A DNA stretch of 64,000 bases from Polyangiaceae bacterium (lineage in GTDB: Bacteria; Myxococcota_A; Polyangia; Polyangiales; Polyangiaceae), in NCBI GenBank assembly GCA_965222375.1, contig CBDCTZ010000015.1, positions 1,504,001 through 1,568,000 on the forward strand, written 5' to 3'. Numbering within the stretch: position 1 is the stretch's first letter; each line of letters opens with the position of its first letter. The notes beneath the pieces were generated by a model. It ran no database searches and had not been told where the DNA came from. It saw only the letters and a program-made list of their open reading frames with translations. Below, piece after piece: positions 59,824 to 64,000 of this stretch. A program made the translations under genes and the position numbers.

Positions 59824-60732
59824 TCAATTCCCACAGGACGAAAGGTACGTAACGCGGACTGCAATGGCGTCCACCTGCGCCGACGGCCCAGTGCAATCGA
59901 GCCCGAAGCATTCGGCTATCAGATAGACCGCGAGGGTCCCGCCACCGATCATGGCTGACAGCGTCGGGTGACTGATATTCCAGAGGTCAGTGGCGCTACC
60001 ATATACGACGCTCGCGTCCGCCGTACCCCAGCTACCGGCTGGTAGGGTGGCTGAACCCTTGGGTCCCGTAGGATCGGCGAGATGCAGTGCTTGGTCGCGG
60101 ACAGAATCGTGCACAGTGGCCTTGCGTTCGACTCTGACTTCCACGCCTCTGATCTTCGAGTTGGTGGGGATCTTTAGCTCGAAACTATTCACGACCAGAA
60201 TACTGGAGCTCCTCACCGACGTAGTGAACAGCGCAATTGCGTATGCATTGTCGCTGGCTTTGGCATTGTTCGCCGAAGACCAGGTCACACCGGTGGAGCC
60301 AGATTGGTTGGTGGAAAAGGCAACCGTGGGGTGCTTCCATCCTGTGTCCTTGGCGACCGGCACGCAGCCGCCACTACCACCGGAAGGGAGACCGGCGGTA
60401 CCGCCACCGGAAGGGTTGCCCGCGGTACCTCCACCACCGGAAGGGAGACCAGCGGTGCCGCCACTACCACCGGAAGGGAGACCGGCGGTACCGCCACTAC
60501 CACCGGAAGGGACGCCAGCCGTGCCACCGCTACCGCCGCCACTGATCCCGGCGGTCGCGCCACTACCAGAAGCACCGGCACTACCGCTAGCGTTTCCCAC
60601 GCCTCCGCTCCCCGCGCCACCTCGCCCCCCAGCGCTGTATTCATTCAGGTCTTTGGCGGAACAAGCCCAAGCGAGACTCACTCCAAGAAAACCAAGAGAG
60701 AGCAACTCGAACCGTGAAACACCGCGGAGCAC
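59824..60732 (-). CDS. Gly-rich lipoprotein with C-terminal beta-sandwich
   Basis: AWACSA, PSGGSGGTAG repeats, IPTNSKIRGVEV, YGSATDLW. Confidence 0.75.
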   Translation of the reverse strand: MLRGVSRFELLSLGFLGVSLAWACSAKDLNEYSAGGRGGAGSGGVGNASGSAGASGSGATAGISGGGSGGTAGVPSGGSGGTAGLPSGGSGGTAGLPSGGGGTAGNPSGGGTAGLPSGGSGGCVPVAKDTGWKHPTVAFSTNQSGSTGVTWSSANNAKASDNAYAIALFTTSVRSSSILVVNSFELKIPTNSKIRGVEVRVERKATVHDSVRDQALHLADPTGPKGSATLPAGSWGTADASVVYGSATDLWNISHPTLSAMIGGGTLAVYLIAECFGLDCTGPSAQVDAIAVRVTYLSSCGN

Positions 60733-61012
60733 AACGAATTGTGGCACGAGAGCCGCGTGAAGAACAGCCCCTACATCTTTGGCTGCCCGCCCTTGCCCGG
60801 ATCGCTCAGCGAGCAGTGTTGCTCGCCACGTCCCGCAAGACATCGACCCCGGAACGGGCACCGCGGGGCTGACCCAGCAAGGACCGGAGCGGCTCGGGCC
60901 GCGCAGCAGGCGCGGCCCATCCCCCCAACAAGCACGGCTTGATCCAGGACGCTGAGTTCGAAGCGGGGCGCTTGGGGCGTTCGCGCTCAGGCCCTGCTAG
61001 GTTTGGCGTGGG

Positions 61013-62149
61013 ATGGCGTTCGGGCGCTGGATGTACTTGCCACTACTCGGCGCCGCAGCGCTGTTCGCGGGCTGCTCTGGGAGCTCCGAGGACGTCGGTG
61101 CGCCCAAGACGGCTCGGTGCGACTGGCAACCCGTCGACTCCGCTTTGGCAGCGACCTTGGAGACCGAACTCGAAGAGGCCCGTGCCGATCAGGACCTCCC
61201 GGGAATGGCGATGGCCGTCGCGTACCGAGATACCTGCAAGCTATGGGTTTCGGCCACGGGGATGTCTGACCTGGCGGCGCAGACCCCGTGGACACCCACC
61301 AACCAGTCGCGGATCGGCAGCATCACCAAGACGTTCACCACCGCGCTGGTGATGCAGCTGTCCGAAGAAGGCGTGCTCAACCTGGACGATCCGATCGAAA
61401 AGTGGGTCCCAGGTTGGTACACGGGTCCGACGCTGAGGCATCTCCTTGGGAACACCAGCGGCATCGCCAGCTACAACTACGTCGGCAGCTTCGACCACGC
61501 CCGCTCCTACGAACCGCAAGAACTAGTGCAGTGGGCTTTCGACCACGCGCCCGTACTCCACTTTGAGCCCGGCACGCAGTGGGAATACTCGAATACCAAC
61601 TTCGTGCTGCTCGGCTTGGTGGCGGAAGCCGCCATGGACCAGAGCTACGCGGACGCGTTGCAGTCGCGACTGTTCAACTCCCTGGAGCTGAGCGACACCC
61701 GTCTCGCTGTCGCACATAACGACAGCCCGCGTCTCGTCCGCTGCTACCAGGGCACTCCGCCAAGAGACGTCTCCGGCCTTGCAGACCCCTCCAGCGCTTG
61801 GGCCGCAGGGGCCATCACGAGCACGCCGTCAGACCTAGCCAAGTGGACCATATCGCTATACGGCAGCAACGACGCTGTTTCCCAGAGCAGCCTCGAATTG
61901 ATGACGACCAAAAATCCGGTGTCGGGGCAATCCGGTCAAGAGCCCTACGGTCTGGGCACTTTCGTCGAGGGAGACGGGGTCCAGACCCTCCACGGCCACA
62001 CCGGCGGCATCGCCGGCTACATGACCTCCGCCTACTACATGCCAGACAAAGCGGTCGCGGTGGTCGTCATGTCGAACCTCCACGGTACCAAGCTGCGCGC
62101 CGCGTCGGCCTACGGCTGGGCGGTCGTGCTCGGCGTCGACTATCCCTGA
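61013..62149 (+). CDS. Serine hydrolase / beta-lactamase family lipoprotein
   Basis: FAGC, SITK, YSNTN, HTG. Confidence 0.93.
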   Translation: MAFGRWMYLPLLGAAALFAGCSGSSEDVGAPKTARCDWQPVDSALAATLETELEEARADQDLPGMAMAVAYRDTCKLWVSATGMSDLAAQTPWTPTNQSRIGSITKTFTTALVMQLSEEGVLNLDDPIEKWVPGWYTGPTLRHLLGNTSGIASYNYVGSFDHARSYEPQELVQWAFDHAPVLHFEPGTQWEYSNTNFVLLGLVAEAAMDQSYADALQSRLFNSLELSDTRLAVAHNDSPRLVRCYQGTPPRDVSGLADPSSAWAAGAITSTPSDLAKWTISLYGSNDAVSQSSLELMTTKNPVSGQSGQEPYGLGTFVEGDGVQTLHGHTGGIAGYMTSAYYMPDKAVAVVVMSNLHGTKLRAASAYGWAVVLGVDYP

Positions 62150-62154
62150 GCGCG

Positions 62155-63183
62155 CTACGGCGAGGCACCGATCTCACTCGCCTTGACCCAGAACTGCCCC
62201 TCGCCGTGCGGGGCCACGTTCAGGCTCTTGGGCAGTACACTCGCCCAACCCGCAACGACATCCAACACGTAGGTCTCGGTACCCACTTCGATCTTGCCGA
62301 TCACGGACCCCTTGTCGCCGGCCTTGCTCCGAATGGGCACCTCTTTGGTGGTCTTGACCACCTTGGGCTTGTCCGCGAGCTTGAGCAGCGGCGCCCCGCG
62401 CTTGGTCACCGAGCCACGCTTCACGTCCATCGTCTCACCTCGGGGCAATGCCTTCAGGTTGCGGGCACGTGCCCAAGCATTGATGAACACCTCGCCCCGG
62501 TATTCCACGTGCACCCAGCCGCCTTTGCGCTCCTCGCTCCAGAGCAGCACGCCGGTGCTGCCGGCCGCCTTGTTCAGCATGGTGACGAGGTTCCGGTCTT
62601 TGCGCCAACTGTCGTACAGCTCGACGTTGTCTTTTTTGAGCACGTAGCCCCGCGCGTGTCCGGGGACGGTGTGAGTCGGCGCAGGTTTGCGCACCAGAGT
62701 CAGCGCAGAGCAGTCTGCCCAGGCATTGAAGGACTGGTGTATCGGCGTCTTGATGCGTTTCTTCAGCTTGAGGCGGTTGCCACTGCCCGACACGATCTTG
62801 AGGCGTTGGTGCTTCGAAATGTAGAGGTGGCCGGAAATGATCGGGATGCGACGAGCGCTGAATACAGGCACTTTGCTGGCGTCCGTCCAGCCATCGATGC
62901 GAAAGGACCCAGTGCCAGTACCCGTTTGGATCTTGGCCCGCTGCCCGCTGTTGGCGAAAAAGTCAGTTGCGCGCAGCGAAGTTTGTCCGCCCGTGAAACG
63001 CGCAATCGGAGTTCCACCAGAAGCCTTGTCGTAGATGGCGAGGTTCACCGGCATCTCAGCTTCCCCGCTAACCGTGCACGTGGTCCCACTTGCAGTCGTG
63101 TCCGCGAAAGCATTCGCGGGAACCAACAGCAGAGACGCAGCAAGCGTGACGCATAACGTGGAAAGCGACATAGGGGTGGACAT
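62155..63183 (-). CDS. Secreted protein with SH3-like repeats
   Basis: Signal peptide, GGWVHV, VLDVVAGWASV. Confidence 0.7.
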   Translation of the reverse strand: MSTPMSLSTLCVTLAASLLLVPANAFADTTASGTTCTVSGEAEMPVNLAIYDKASGGTPIARFTGGQTSLRATDFFANSGQRAKIQTGTGTGSFRIDGWTDASKVPVFSARRIPIISGHLYISKHQRLKIVSGSGNRLKLKKRIKTPIHQSFNAWADCSALTLVRKPAPTHTVPGHARGYVLKKDNVELYDSWRKDRNLVTMLNKAAGSTGVLLWSEERKGGWVHVEYRGEVFINAWARARNLKALPRGETMDVKRGSVTKRGAPLLKLADKPKVVKTTKEVPIRSKAGDKGSVIGKIEVGTETYVLDVVAGWASVLPKSLNVAPHGEGQFWVKASEIGASP

Positions 63184-63260
63184 GCTATCTCCCATGGCAA
63201 GGGTTGGGGTCCCAAGGCGTCCCAAGCGCCTTAGGATTGGACGTAGAAGTTGGTCCTCGC

Positions 63261-64000
63261 ATGTCAAATCTAGCGCTTTCTTTCGGCACCCCCCGCAAAC
63301 TACCGAAACCCAAGGACTTATCTGGCCGGGTGGTGGTCGTGGATATCGCCTTTGCGGGCCTCGGGAGCGGCTTCGACAAGGTCACCCTGCCCTTCATCGA
63401 GGGGCTCGGGGAGCGGCTCCGCGCCTGGGTCGACCACCACGACCACGAAGAGCACGGGCGGTTCGCGAAGGATCCGCGATTCGTTCTGGCGAAGAAGAGC
63501 GAGCACGGAGCTTGTCCGGAGATGGTCACTCCCGAGCTCGTCGAACGTATCGGGCCGGTGGATACGATCGTTTGCCACACAGACTTCGATGGCTTGGCCA
63601 GTGCCGCGAAGTGGCTTCGCAAAGGAGAGGAGCCATACCCGGGTTGCGATGATGACGCGCGAGCGTTGGACACGCGTATTGGTTCACCGAGCAAACTGGC
63701 CACGCGCTTCGATCGCGCGTTACGAGCCCGACCCCGGGACCACGGGCTCTTTGGACTGATCGTGCGCCACCTAGCAACAGGGCTCAGTGACTCGAGCCTT
63801 TGGCAACCTATCGACGAAGCCGCGTCGGCGTTGATTCCGATCGAACGTGAAACTCGACGTGCCGCCGAACAGTACGAACGCGTCGGCGAGGGCATCGCCA
63901 TCGTGGACGTCGCCGAGGGCTACGGCCCCATCGACAAGACCCTACTGCTGTTGCTCGGCCAAGAGCGCGAACGAATCGCCGTCGTGCTCGATCGCGACAA
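63261..64000 (+). CDS. DHH-family phosphoesterase (permuted motif order), 3' partial
   Basis: Manual translation gives VVVVDIAF, AWVDHHDH, IVCHTDFDGLASA, ALDTR; not in the ORF track because it runs off the window. Confidence 0.8.
   Translation, partial: MSNLALSFGTPRKLPKPKDLSGRVVVVDIAFAGLGSGFDKVTLPFIEGLGERLRAWVDHHDHEEHGRFAKDPRFVLAKKSEHGACPEMVTPELVERIGPVDTIVCHTDFDGLASAAKWLRKGEEPYPGCDDDARALDTRIGSPSKLATRFDRALRARPRDHGLFGLIVRHLATGLSDSSLWQPIDEAASALIPIERETRRAAEQYERVGEGIAIVDVAEGYGPIDKTLLLLLGQERERIAVVLDRD

Noticed and set aside
61798..63156. 452-aa plus-strand ORF
   Set aside because: Shadow of two better-supported genes; composition is not protein-like.

Overview
GC-rich (~65%) bacterial chromosome segment. 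The gene content points to Myxococcota, probably Polyangiaceae: many Gly/Cys-rich lipoproteins, a VWA lipoprotein, a membrane Ser/Thr kinase, an ECF sigma factor and a MYXO-CTERM-like tail. Positions ~1-32 kb and ~34.5-40.7 kb are an accessory patchwork. It holds a Fic gene with a five-box palindrome array, a complete IS21 element (4549-7760, 5-bp TSD, two passenger ORFs), an IS91 remnant, several toxin-antitoxin modules (AbiEi/AbiEii, an NTase pair, VapBC; a MenA1/MenT1-like pair lies at 48.6-49.4 kb) and many gene fragments. The most striking structure is an HUH/Y1 (RAYT-type) transposase gene inside a 1.3-kb unit with perfect 20-bp terminal inverted repeats. Beside it lie a 135-bp non-autonomous derivative with the same ends, a scrambled array of end fragments, and two tandem duplications that end at the repeat, one of them carrying host yghU DNA. 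Other oddities are a triplicated coaD 3' region bracketing cargo genes, a 113-bp structured direct repeat, a class III cyclase with non-canonical specificity residues facing a Crp gene, and a circularly permuted DHH protein. Core-like genes are coaD, a thiolase, purC and a site-2 protease. No rRNA, tRNA or convincing CRISPR array was seen. All family calls come from motif recognition; no database searches were run.
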